Shown: positions 19,090-28,869 of the stretch, in pieces
How positions within the stretch are numbered: position 1 is the stretch's first letter
How the letters are laid out: every line of letters starts with the position of its first letter
Source of the DNA: Spirulina sp.
Lineage (GTDB): Bacteria; Cyanobacteriota; Cyanobacteriia; Phormidesmidales; Phormidesmidaceae
Assembly (NCBI GenBank): GCA_044070495.1
Contig: JBIPSI010000018.1
Coordinates: forward strand, 32,001 to 96,000
DNA: 64,000 bases
Direction: 5' to 3'
Program-made: the position numbers and the translations under genes
Notes under the pieces: model-generated
Databases searched by the model: none
What the model saw: the letters and a program-made list of their open reading frames with translations, nothing else
What the model was told of the DNA's origin: nothing

Positions 19090-20067
19090 TTAGGGAGATT
19101 CCCGTTGGCGGACGGCTTCTAGGCCAGCCGAAATTCCCCTAGGGCGATACCCCAGATCCATCGCTCGCTGGTTGTTGGAGGAGACATCGGCGGGGCGGGC
19201 GGCGGCCATAGCAACATCGGCTTGGCGGCAGGGCTGGATGAGTTGGGCATCCAGGTCAAATACCTCGGCCATGCGGAGGCCAAACTCGTAGCGGCTGAGG
19301 CGTTCTGGGCCACCAAGATGTAGCAGCAGACCAGGATGTTTGAGGGCCAACAGTAGCCCAGCGGCCACGTCTTCCACGTAGGCGGGGGTGCGGTATTCGT
19401 CGGTGAATAGATAGAGAGACTGTCCCCTTCGCAAACGAGCTAGAAAATCCTGCAAAAAGCAAGCTCCGTGGGCGCTAGGGGGGCCATAGAGCAAGGGTAA
19501 ACGGCAGAGGGTGGCGGCGGGGTAGAGGGATCGAATCCGTTGTTCGGCCTCTAGTTTGTGGCGTCCGTAGGTGTTGATGGGGTTGGGGAGGCTGGTTTCG
19601 TCGTAGGGGGGCGCTTGGCCGCCGAAGACCTGATCGGTGGAGGTGAACACCAGGGGAATTTGATCCTCGCGGCAGAGGGTAGCTAGGGTCTCGCTGGCCT
19701 GCACATTGATGGCGTAGGACAGGTCTGGATTTTGCTCACAGCGGTTGGGCTGGGAGAGGGCGGCGGTGTGGATCACGCCATCGGGTCGCCAATGCTGGAA
19801 CCACTCCGTCACTGCCGAAGTATTCGTCAAATCAAGGCGGTGATAGGTCACGCGATCCTCAGTTACGCGATCCTCGGTCAAGCGATCCTCAGTTACGCGA
19901 TCAATGGTGGCTGTCCTAGCGGTTGCTGGAACTACAGAATGCCGATGGTAAATGCCTTGTACCTGTCCTTGGGTTTGAGCGAGCTGGATCAGGGGTTCTC
20001 CCAAAAAGCCGCTGGCTCCTGTAATGAGTAAACCGCCGGGGGAGGTGGGGTGGGGAGAATCAGCCAT
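19090..20067 (-). CDS. RmlD-like SDR (dTDP-4-dehydrorhamnose reductase family)
   Basis: ITGASGFLG, IHTAALS, FTSTDQVFGG, YGRHK (YxxxK), DEYRTP. Confidence 0.88.
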   Translation of the reverse strand: MADSPHPTSPGGLLITGASGFLGEPLIQLAQTQGQVQGIYHRHSVVPATARTATIDRVTEDRLTEDRVTEDRVTYHRLDLTNTSAVTEWFQHWRPDGVIHTAALSQPNRCEQNPDLSYAINVQASETLATLCREDQIPLVFTSTDQVFGGQAPPYDETSLPNPINTYGRHKLEAEQRIRSLYPAATLCRLPLLYGPPSAHGACFLQDFLARLRRGQSLYLFTDEYRTPAYVEDVAAGLLLALKHPGLLLHLGGPERLSRYEFGLRMAEVFDLDAQLIQPCRQADVAMAAARPADVSSNNQRAMDLGYRPRGISAGLEAVRQRESP

Positions 20068-20133
20068 GGGTTGAGGGGTTGGTTGTTGGTTATTGGTTGT
20101 TGGTTATTGGGGGGTGGGGAGGATTTTTGAGGG

Positions 20134-21093
20134 CTAGCGTAGCGTATTTAAGGCTTGGGCGATTCCGGCACCGATGGCTTCGGCTAGGGTGCTAATTAAG
20201 CGGTAGAGCACAACGGCACTGAGGATCACCGCCACCGGGAGGGTGTCCTGGAGCAGCGGTACGGCGAGGGCTTCCACAACGCCCAGACCTCCAGGCGCGC
20301 CGGGGACGATCAACCCTGCTAGCCAAGCAAGGCTAAAGCGGCTGATTACCGTTGGCCAAAGGCTCTGAGGGAGGGGACTGAGGGCGCTGACAATCAGCCC
20401 AAAGCCCAGGCCCCGCAGCAGCACAAACCCCACTTCGCCCATCAGGGGTTTGAGGGGATAGTGTGTTAAAAGGGCGGGGGCGGAATTTGGATCTCCAGGG
20501 AGTGACGAGGCTGTGGGGGATGCTCCTAACGCCTGGGATCCATCTAGGTTGTGATCAGCCGCGAGGGATTTCGCCTTGCCTTGACTCAGTTTTCTCAGCA
20601 GGGGATTTAGAACGTTAGGATGCAGACCCGCTAGCACTAAGGTCAGCAACGCCAGTTGTCCGGGCCAGTAAATCGTAGGCTTGGCTAAGCCCACCAGCAA
20701 GGCCGCCGCCGCCATCAACACTGGATCCAGCACTACGCCCAGAATGGCGGGTACCGTAGCAATGCCCAGACTACGCAGGGCTTGAATGCGCCCATAAAAA
20801 TGCCAAATGTTCCCCGGCAGGTATTTCAAAAGGTTCGTTTTGAGGTAGATCACCATACTCCAACGCCCCCCCACGGGTTGCTGAAGGGCTTGTAAAATCC
20901 AACTCCAGGCCCAGCCCGACCAACCGTGGGCTAGCAGAGTCATGCCTAGGGATGCCCCCAGTCGCCCAGCGGCATCGGGTTGAATCTGAAGGGCCAGCAC
21001 CTCGGCCCAATGCCCCCTCAGCGTGCGCCCCAAAAACAGGATCGCCGCCGCCATCACCGCCCACCGCAGGATGCGTTTTATCCGTTGCTGCAA
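20134..21093 (-). CDS. Lysylphosphatidylglycerol-synthase TM (UPF0104) family membrane protein
   Basis: YLKTNLLKYLPGNIWHFYGR, PGAPGGLGVVEA, YRLISTLAE; TTG start inferred behind GGAGGA. Confidence 0.8.
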   Translation of the reverse strand: MQQRIKRILRWAVMAAAILFLGRTLRGHWAEVLALQIQPDAAGRLGASLGMTLLAHGWSGWAWSWILQALQQPVGGRWSMVIYLKTNLLKYLPGNIWHFYGRIQALRSLGIATVPAILGVVLDPVLMAAAALLVGLAKPTIYWPGQLALLTLVLAGLHPNVLNPLLRKLSQGKAKSLAADHNLDGSQALGASPTASSLPGDPNSAPALLTHYPLKPLMGEVGFVLLRGLGFGLIVSALSPLPQSLWPTVISRFSLAWLAGLIVPGAPGGLGVVEALAVPLLQDTLPVAVILSAVVLYRLISTLAEAIGAGIAQALNTLR

Positions 21094-21218
21094 GCGCAAT
21101 TCCTCCCTTCCTGGGTGATCGCGAATGGGTGATCGCTGCGATCTGGCCCTTCCGGCGATCCCCTTCCGTAGGAAAATAGCACTACCGAACCCTTTGGCCC
21201 TAGACGCGAGATTTTGCC

Positions 21219-22388
21219 ATGGTGACCGCATCCTCTGCTTCCCAAACCTCCCCAACCTCAGTCCGCAACACCCATCGGCCCTCCCTTGCGCCTCTGGTGG
21301 TGCCCAATCGGCTGCTGCTGGGGCCAGGGCCATCCAATGCCCACCCCCAGGTGATTGCGGCCATGAATCACCAGCCCATCGGCCACCTGGATCCCGACTA
21401 CCTGGTGATGATGGACGAAGTTCAGGAACTGCTGCGCTACACCTGGCAGACCGACAACGCCCTCACCTACGCCATTGCCGGGACGGGATCGGCGGCCATG
21501 GAGGCCACCCTAGCCAACGCCATTGAACCGGGGGATCGGGTGCTGGTGGCGGTGAAGGGCTACTTTGGCCATCGCCTAGTGGCCATGGCCCAGCGCTACG
21601 GGGCCGAGGTGGTTACCATCCAAAAGCCCTGGGGCGAAGCCTTCACCCTGGAGGAAATTACCGCTGCTCTCCAGACCCACCAGCCTGCGGTGATGGCCAT
21701 CGTCCATGCCGAAACCTCCACCGGGGTGCGTCAGCCCCTAGAGGGCGTAGGGGCCGTCTGCCGAGAACAGGGCTGTCTGCTGGTGGTGGATACGGTCACC
21801 AGTTTGGGCGGCGTACCGATTTTTCTGGATGACTGGCAGGTGGATTTGGCCTATAGCTGTAGCCAAAAGGGGCTGAGCTGCGCCCCTGGTATTTCCCCCT
21901 TCACCATGGGACCAAGGGCCGTAGAAAAGCTGGAACGCCGCGCCCAGCCCGTAGCCAACTGGTATTTGGATGCGGCCCTGCTGAGGCAATATTGGGGCCG
22001 CGAACGAACCTATCACCACACCGCCCCTGTCAACCTCACCTATGCCCTGCGGGAGGCCCTGCGCCTACTGGCGGAGGAAGGCTTAGAGGCTCGCTGGCAG
22101 CGCCACCAACACACGGCGGAATACCTCTGGGCGGGGCTGGCGGATCTGGGCCTCGCCTGCCATGTGCCCCAGGAATTTCGGCTGCCTACCCTGACCACCG
22201 TGCGCGTGCCCGATGGCGTAGATGCCAAGGCCGTGGGGCGGCAACTGCTGACGGAATACAACATTGAAATCGGCGGCGGCCTGGGCGAACTCGCGGGCCG
22301 AGTGTGGCGCATCGGCCTGATGGGCCACAACAGCGACCCGACCCATGTAGATACCCTGCTGAAAGCTCTGAAGGCTGTGCTTCCCTAG
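21219..22388 (+). CDS. Alanine-glyoxylate/serine-pyruvate aminotransferase (class V)
   Basis: LLGPGPSN, VHAETSTG, DTVTSLGG, SQKGLS (PLP Lys), YHHTAP, WRIGLMG. Confidence 0.93.
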   Translation: MVTASSASQTSPTSVRNTHRPSLAPLVVPNRLLLGPGPSNAHPQVIAAMNHQPIGHLDPDYLVMMDEVQELLRYTWQTDNALTYAIAGTGSAAMEATLANAIEPGDRVLVAVKGYFGHRLVAMAQRYGAEVVTIQKPWGEAFTLEEITAALQTHQPAVMAIVHAETSTGVRQPLEGVGAVCREQGCLLVVDTVTSLGGVPIFLDDWQVDLAYSCSQKGLSCAPGISPFTMGPRAVEKLERRAQPVANWYLDAALLRQYWGRERTYHHTAPVNLTYALREALRLLAEEGLEARWQRHQHTAEYLWAGLADLGLACHVPQEFRLPTLTTVRVPDGVDAKAVGRQLLTEYNIEIGGGLGELAGRVWRIGLMGHNSDPTHVDTLLKALKAVLP

Positions 22389-22427
22389 GGGGATTCCACC
22401 GACTTACACCAGGCCCTAGTTATACCC

Positions 22428-22630
22428 CCGGTTGAGTGGGCGAGAAGACCGCGCCCCTACGTCAGGTTGGACGGCTTAGCCATTAGGGTGATGGGATTCA
22501 GCTTGGGGATTACAAAAGATTCTGCGCCGGACGCGGAAACCTAGCCCCTACCGTATTGGGTTCATGTAGGGGCTAGGTCTCCTGACCCTTTGGCGGATAT
22601 GGGTTCTCGCAAGTGCCGCCAGTCAATCAG
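22428..22630. repeat. Cluster of GTAG-type REPs
   Basis: GGGCGAGAAGACCGCGCCCCTAC, AACCTAGCCCCTAC and GTAGGGGCTAGGTCTCCTGACCC. Confidence 0.6.
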
Positions 22631-22711
22631 GGTAGGACGACACTGACCCAAATATCGCGAGCTGTATGTAAGGATTGCTATATCCCCTGCGACTAACCGT
22701 CAGTCCAGAGT

Positions 22712-22753
22712 TTTGTTGGCAATAGTTTGTTGGCGATAGTTTGTTGGCGATAA
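22712..22753. repeat. 14-bp tandem repeat x3
   Basis: TTTGTTGGCAATAG / TTTGTTGGCGATAG / TTTGTTGGCGATAA. Confidence 0.85.
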
Positions 22754-22996
22754 CCGAGGGCTATTCTACGGAGTTGAACCCCTACGGATCGCTATATATT
22801 TGGTGAGGGAACGTAAATTTGCTGAAGCCTGAGTAATTTCACAGATTCGTTAGAATCAATTAATACCCTAGCTTAATCACTATTGAGCATTTAAATCCTT
22901 TTAAGTGCTTCAAATGGGCCGGAATTGACTCAGGCTAGGCTGTATTTATAGCTACCCTCCTGATTTCCTGTCGTCACCATCGTAAGGCTTTCTAAC

Positions 22997-23191
22997 ATGA
23001 ATCCAGCAGAGTTTGAAGCTCGCTATCAAGAGCAAGTTCGCGACATTTTGAACCGTCTGCAATCGGCCATGGCCGTATCCTCCCAGCTTGAAGCCTCCAT
23101 GGCCGACATTGGCGATTCCCTACAACAGCTCAGCCGCGAGGTAGAGCTATTTTTGGCCAGCCAGCGCCGATCTCAACCTGACCAACCCTAG
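22997..23191 (+). CDS. Small coiled-coil hypothetical protein
   Basis: 64-aa amphipathic ORF with ATG, preceded by an AT-rich promoter-like region. Confidence 0.65.
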   Translation: MNPAEFEARYQEQVRDILNRLQSAMAVSSQLEASMADIGDSLQQLSREVELFLASQRRSQPDQP

Positions 23192-23334
23192 GAGAATCGG
23201 GTTAGCCCGTTATCCTAGGCGATCCCCTCCTATCCAATCCGCATCAGAAAAACCCGATTCCCAACCCAGAAAGCCGTAGGGGTGAGGTTTCCTCACCCCT
23301 ATCGATGGCAGGGGAAAGCAATCCGAATTTGGCA

Positions 23335-23730
23335 TCAAGGGGCCAATACCTCGCGAATGGTCTGCACCAGTTCCTTCAGGCGCACGGGTTTGACCAAATA
23401 GCGACAGGCCCCTAGGGCTAAGGCTCGTTCCTGGTTTTCTAGGAAGGCATAGCCAGAAACCACCACCACCGGAAGCCTTAGCCCGCCCGATGGGGTTTGC
23501 AGCATCTTCAAAAGACAGTAGCCATCGGGATCCGGCAGGCCCAGATCCAACACCAACAGATCCGGGTGAAAGTCCGCTAGGGTTTTCTGAAGCAACAGGC
23601 CATCGGGCAGAGCAAAGACCGTAAACCCAGCGAAGGTGAGGTAGTCAAAAAACAGCAGCCGATTGGCGTAGTCATCCTCAATGATGAGGATGCGTGGGGC
23701 ATAGATGAAGGCTTTTGGAGATGACACCAT
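23335..23730 (-). CDS. Single-domain response regulator (CheY/DivK-like)
   Basis: ILIIEDD, LVLDLGLPDPDG, VVSG, YLVKP. Confidence 0.9.
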   Translation of the reverse strand: MVSSPKAFIYAPRILIIEDDYANRLLFFDYLTFAGFTVFALPDGLLLQKTLADFHPDLLVLDLGLPDPDGYCLLKMLQTPSGGLRLPVVVVSGYAFLENQERALALGACRYLVKPVRLKELVQTIREVLAP

Positions 23731-24055
23731 AACTCTGGCAAGCTCTCGCTAGGGTCTCGCCCATAGGGCTAACCGTGTTGCTGTTGCATCGTTCTGAGGG
23801 ATGGTAGGAAAGGACATCCCCTGGCCATCCATCCTGCCCTGGGAAAAGGGGCTGGGGCCTTTAAACCTTTATGGGGGCCGCAACAGGTTAAGCCGCAACA
23901 TTCCGAGGGAGACGGGGCAGTCAGGTTTCTGGGAAAAGGTGAAGACCCTATAACCATGGATTTTAATCTCTGCTGGGCTGACAATATGTCTCCGTCTAGG
24001 CCAATAGCCGGGGACACCATAGGAATTTATCCATTTAAAGATAGAGGGGGACTCT

Positions 24056-24436
24056 ATGGTTGATCCCACGGTTTTAGATCAGTTTATAGAGGCGCTCCGG
24101 GCCTATGGCCAAGCCTACGGTATGCCCTCCACCCTAGATCGCTGGCAAGGGATAGCGGCCACCCTTTTGCGACTGATGCAGGAGGGGCGCACTCAGCCCT
24201 TATCGGCAGACCAGGTCACCGATCTCTTAGCTCAATCCACCGCCCTGTGGGACGCCCCTGATCCCACGTTTCCCCGCTCCCCCGGCGAGATCGACACAGA
24301 TTCTAGGCCTACCCATGCCTCTGCGATGGATAGCCTAGCGGCGGCTGAACATCTAGGGGATCTGAACAACCCGGAAACCCTGGCCCGGACGGCACACCGT
24401 TGGCACCACCACCTACAGCTGACCTCATCGGTATAA
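24056..24436 (+). CDS. Hypothetical protein (possibly a fragment)
   Basis: 126-aa ORF with GAGGGG RBS; no recognised motif. Confidence 0.45.
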   Translation: MVDPTVLDQFIEALRAYGQAYGMPSTLDRWQGIAATLLRLMQEGRTQPLSADQVTDLLAQSTALWDAPDPTFPRSPGEIDTDSRPTHASAMDSLAAAEHLGDLNNPETLARTAHRWHHHLQLTSSV

Positions 24437-24496
24437 CTTGGGACAAGCTTCGGCTTTTCAAACGTCCTCTTAGGGCTAGCGGGGCATCGGCCCAAT

Positions 24497-24648
24497 CTAT
24501 AGCGGATTTCACACGGGTCAAGCACATGGCGATGATCCCCCCTACCCCCCTTTTTAAGGGGGGTATAGCGTGAACCTTAGACAACTAGGCACTGGGGGGA
24601 TCTAGAACTCAGCAAAGGTGTATCTCATGCTATCGAGAACCGCTATAG
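24497..24648. mobile_element. MITE-like element
   Basis: Terminal inverted repeats CTATAGCGGATTTC / GAGAACCGCTATAG (12/14) enclose a GATCCCCCC..AAGGGGGG repeat. Confidence 0.6.
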
Positions 24649-24664
24649 CCGATGCAATACACGC

Positions 24665-24693
24665 AAAAAGCCGGGGTTATGCCCCGGCTTTTT
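24665..24693. terminator. Bidirectional intrinsic terminator after sbtB
   Basis: AAAAA-GCCGGGG-TTATG-CCCCGGC-TTTTT. Confidence 0.85.
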
Positions 24694-24711
24694 GGTTGAT
24701 ATCATCTCAAC

Positions 24712-25056
<345 letters not shown>

Positions 25057-25137
25057 TTAGGTCTACATTTGTCTACATTCATTGAATCACTGGGTTAACG
25101 GGCCACAGGAACCCCGGCAAGCCGGAACCCTTTCGGG

Positions 25138-26307
25138 TTAGCCCCCCGTCATCGCCTGGGCGAGGCCGACAAAGAGCGGAATGCACAGGGCAATGGCAAC
25201 CGGGGTGCCGATGGCGGTGGATGCCCCAATGTAGGCGGAGGGGTTGGCCGAGGGAATGCCCGCCCGCAGGGTGGGAGGCCCAGAGATATCAGAACTGGAG
25301 GCGGCAATCACGGCTAGGAGGGCAACACCGCCAGGGCTGAAGCCAGTGGCGTAGTGGGCAATCATACCGAGACCGAAGGCAATAAATCCATGGGCAAAGG
25401 GTGCGACAAAGGCGTACAGCGCATACCACTGAGCAACCTTGCGCAGTTCATTTAAGCGTGACCAGGCTTCCATACCCATAATCAACATCAGGATGGATAG
25501 CAGACCCCGGAAGAGAGGATCGTAAAAGCTCTCGTAGACACTTTCGGGCCGGGTGAGAATCCCTAAGGCAAGACCCAGCAACAGGGCCGATAGGGCAGGG
25601 CCTTGGAGGCTTTCTTGAATGATGGGCCAAATTTTAACTCGCCCACTGCCAGAGCCGCCCGACTCGCTAGCATAGGCACCGACGGAACCACCCGATTCGC
25701 CAGCATAGCTCCCTGAGGAACCACCACCCACGGCATCGGTATAGCCACCGACGGCAACGGGCTGCCTGTCCACATACTCCTGGCTGAGAAATTTCTCGTT
25801 TTTCAGGTACTTTTCGCGCTTCTGCTTGCTGGTATAAAGGCTGGCCAAAACGATGGCCGTCACCAAAGCCGAGATATCCATAAAGGGATAGAGTGCGCCA
25901 GCCCAGGCTTCAAATTCAATGCCTTGGCCCTCCAGCATCGTAATGCCAGCCACCATGGTGGAACCACTCACGGCACCGAACAAGCCCGCCGTCGCCAAGG
26001 CATCTACGGTTCTGATTCCTGGCAGCTTGGCGAAGGTGTAGCGCCCAATCAGCACGATCACAATCCCTGTGACCACCGCAAACAGCGCAGGCAGCAGCAT
26101 TTCCCCCAGGTTGGCATTGCGAATGCCCATGCCGCCCGTCAGGCCGACCTTGATCAGCAGCATGAACACGATGAATTTATAGATGGCATCGGGAATGGCC
26201 AACTGGCTACCCAGAGCCGCAATGACGACCCCGCCAATCAGAAAGCCAAGGGTTGGGGACTGCAACTGCGACCCGAACCGGGCTAAGAAATCAAGCAAGA
26301 AATCCAC
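25138..26307 (-). CDS. sbtA: Sodium-dependent bicarbonate transporter SbtA
   Basis: QLQSPTLGFLIGG, FGAVSGST, LYPFMD, SSSDISGPPTLRAGIPSANPSAYIG; GTG start with AAGGAGG. Confidence 0.96.
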   Translation of the reverse strand: MDFLLDFLARFGSQLQSPTLGFLIGGVVIAALGSQLAIPDAIYKFIVFMLLIKVGLTGGMGIRNANLGEMLLPALFAVVTGIVIVLIGRYTFAKLPGIRTVDALATAGLFGAVSGSTMVAGITMLEGQGIEFEAWAGALYPFMDISALVTAIVLASLYTSKQKREKYLKNEKFLSQEYVDRQPVAVGGYTDAVGGGSSGSYAGESGGSVGAYASESGGSGSGRVKIWPIIQESLQGPALSALLLGLALGILTRPESVYESFYDPLFRGLLSILMLIMGMEAWSRLNELRKVAQWYALYAFVAPFAHGFIAFGLGMIAHYATGFSPGGVALLAVIAASSSDISGPPTLRAGIPSANPSAYIGASTAIGTPVAIALCIPLFVGLAQAMTGG

Positions 26308-26502
26308 AAAAACCTCCTTCTACTCCCCCGTAACGAGGAGCGACTCTGGTGATAAATGAGCATGAAAACGTTGAAGAAAGTAAGGGTGAAGGGCCTCACC
26401 CCTACAGCACAGGTGTGATGAAGGAACCCGCTGACAGGCGGTTCAGCAAGAACCACCCTCGAACCGGAGTTGCCAGGTGGTCGCGAACCTGTAGCGCCCT
26501 AC

Positions 26503-26518
26503 ATAGAGCTAGGTCTAT
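26503..26518. promoter_or_regulatory. NdhR/CcmR (LysR) box upstream of sbtA
   Basis: Exact ATAG-N8-CTAT (ATAGAGCTAGGTCTAT); candidate minus-strand -10 TAGACT at 26549-26544. Confidence 0.7.
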
Positions 26519-26738
26519 CGATTCCTGAATCCCTATGTGCTTAAGTCTATCCCTAAAACCCAGATTCTTTTCGCTTAGATCCGCCGACTTTGAAACGCAA
26601 TGTCAAATCTGAACCATAAGTTTTTCTTTTTACTGGCAATCGTTGGCATATTCTTGGCTAATGTAAATTACTGCCCTAGAGTTTTATCAATGCTCTATGG
26701 CGTCTTATCAATACCTGGCTGTGGGTGGATACAGATAG

Positions 26739-26894
26739 CTGATTGCCCGACACACCTTCAAAGTCTGATTGACGGACAAAACTTGCTAGAACCCAGAATC
26801 ATCAAAGGGTCAGGAGACCTGACCCCTACATTATCCCAACGCTTTAGGGGCGAGGTTTTCTCGCCCGGTGCAGAATCTTGGGTCAGTCAACCAG
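26739..26894. repeat. MITE-like shell carrying a REP doublet
   Basis: Ends CTGATTGCCCGACA / GGTCAGTCAACCAG; internal GGGTCAGGAGACCTGACCCCTAC and TAGGGGCGAGGTTTTCTCGCCC. Confidence 0.55.
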
Positions 26895-27056
26895 CTCCAA
26901 AGTAGTGGCGCGTCAGGTCTAAAATGTTCGGTCGCTCAAGTCGGCCAGGCTGTTCCAACCCTATCTAGGGGTAATCTGGGCAGGCTAACCCTTTGAACCA
27001 TGACCTGTCCTCACCCTTTAACCTCAGGGTTAGCAACAGGCGAAGCCATGGCGGGA

Positions 27057-27302
27057 TTAATCAACCCACATTTCGGGGGGTGTGGTGGCCGGAACGTAGG
27101 GGGCTGGTGGGCTAGCTTGGGCCAGGTTAAACCACCCTATCGCCAGTACTAAGCCAAACCCACAGCCCACCAAAAAGGTCCAGGCGTGGGACGCCTCCAG
27201 GACGCAAAGCAGGCGACGGTCGCCGCTATAGACCTGGACAAGCCAGCCTTCCTGGGTATTATCGAACCGGGTTCGCAGTTTAGAGGAGTCAAACTTGTTC
27301 AT
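27057..27302 (-). CDS. Small single-TM protein upstream of sbtAB (SbtC-like candidate)
   Basis: 81 aa from MNKF; GWLVQVYSGDRRLLCVLEASHAW followed by a TM helix; same strand as sbtAB; near-NdhR box AAAG-N8-CTAT at 27584-27599. Confidence 0.65.
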   Translation of the reverse strand: MNKFDSSKLRTRFDNTQEGWLVQVYSGDRRLLCVLEASHAWTFLVGCGFGLVLAIGWFNLAQASPPAPYVPATTPPEMWVD

Positions 27303-27745
27303 GGTGTTCACGCAATGTTGATCGAATGGGTGTGGCGATAGCGAGGTAGAACCCGACCATGTAGATCCGCCACGATGGAAAAACCTGTCAGCCCTTCACC
27401 GGTTCAGGACGATCCTCCCAAGGCTCAAGACAGGTACAGGAGATCGCAAAAACTCTGTAGGGCGGGCATTCTGCCTGCCATAGCAACAGCCAAGAGGGCT
27501 GCCCTACCTTAGAACGACGATCTACTGAGGATGAATCGAACCTAACGTTGGGTTAATTGAGTTGGATGGATAGCTGCCAAACGAAAGATAGAAATCTATG
27601 CTTTCGGCTTGAACGATATTTCTAAGTTTATACCTGGAGTCTTGGTAGCGACCAGGATCTACATCGGTTCACCCTCAATAATTATTTGAACCGATTCATA
27701 AGCTGTGCTTTTGAGAGGGTGATGGTCAGAGGGGTTAGGGTCGCG

Positions 27746-28675
27746 TCAATCACCAGCGTCTATGCTGGCGGGAGTTTCTTGGCTAGAGCCAAGGTGATTG
27801 GCCATGTCTTCCTTGAGTTGGGAGAGTGCCTGCCAGAGATCGGTGCGATGCAGCCAGCCGACATATCCCGCGTAGAGACAAGCGCCACTGGGGGCGATCA
27901 CAAAAACGTGATCAATGCCCAGGGGATGCCGCCATACCCGGATCACGGACTGATCCTCTAGGGTCAGAAAGGGTTCCGATTGGGGCAGGTCGCGGGGGTG
28001 GGCATCGGTCATGCCGGGGATAGCCCGCAGTTGTTCAATCACCGGGTGCTGGGTGAGGGGTTCGCTGAGGTCTTCCCCTGCCCAAAATTGGCGAATGGTT
28101 TCTACGACCCAGGGATGGTTACGCATGGCGGCATGGCTGAGGCCCTCCATCGCCACAAACTGGGCGTGGGGAACCTTGGTGCTTTCCACCGGAATGGTGC
28201 CGTCGCTGCCCCTGTCCACATCCCCCGCAATCACCAGGGTTTTGATCTGTTGGGCAAGGGTGCTAGCCATGGTTCGGCGGTCTTGGCCTAGGTCGGCGGC
28301 AATGCCCACCCCCATCTGCAAGGGGTCGATGATCCGGCCCAAATCGGCCCCGCCCACCGGAGAGGCCACCAACACCAGGGAATGGACCTGCGGCCACCAG
28401 TCGGGATGGCGGGTCAACACCTCCAGCCAAATTAGCCCGCCCATGGAATGGCCAATAATTCGCAGGGGCGCGTCTGGGTAGGTTTTCACCGCCTCCGTGG
28501 CAAGGCGTTCCACATCCTCAACGAGGGGAGCCATCCGCAGCCAGGTCATGGCATAGTTCAGGCTGGGGGCAATGATGTGGGTCTGCTCCGTGGCCAACTG
28601 CTGGGCCAGGGCAACCATGTGTTGGTTATTGTCGGCCCAGCCATGTTGGGCAAAGAGAAGATAATCTGGCGACAT
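27746..28675 (-). CDS. Alpha/beta hydrolase (lipase/esterase-like)
   Basis: FAQHGWAD, GHSMGG, SDGTIP, LSHAAM. Confidence 0.87.
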   Translation of the reverse strand: MSPDYLLFAQHGWADNNQHMVALAQQLATEQTHIIAPSLNYAMTWLRMAPLVEDVERLATEAVKTYPDAPLRIIGHSMGGLIWLEVLTRHPDWWPQVHSLVLVASPVGGADLGRIIDPLQMGVGIAADLGQDRRTMASTLAQQIKTLVIAGDVDRGSDGTIPVESTKVPHAQFVAMEGLSHAAMRNHPWVVETIRQFWAGEDLSEPLTQHPVIEQLRAIPGMTDAHPRDLPQSEPFLTLEDQSVIRVWRHPLGIDHVFVIAPSGACLYAGYVGWLHRTDLWQALSQLKEDMANHLGSSQETPASIDAGD

Positions 28676-28869
28676 CACCGATTCCTAATGACTGATTCCT
28701 AAAACCTCGAAGACCAAGGCATTGGCGCGGATGGCCATGTGGGCAACCCTGGTATCGACCGATCCTAGTGCCTCATTGTCCTGCGAGTTGGTTGAATAGG
28801 CGAGTTTATGGATTGGATGAGACGACTACATAGGATGTTAGTGACCTGATTGCAGAATATTCCATCGCC

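Noticed and set aside
20076..20110. GGTTGTT/GGTTATT heptamer run
   Set aside because: Ordinary cyanobacterial short tandem repeat with no further structure.
26600..26905. 101-aa + strand ORF between sbtA and the SbtC-like gene
   Set aside because: It runs through the promoter region and a REP/MITE element and has no protein-like features.
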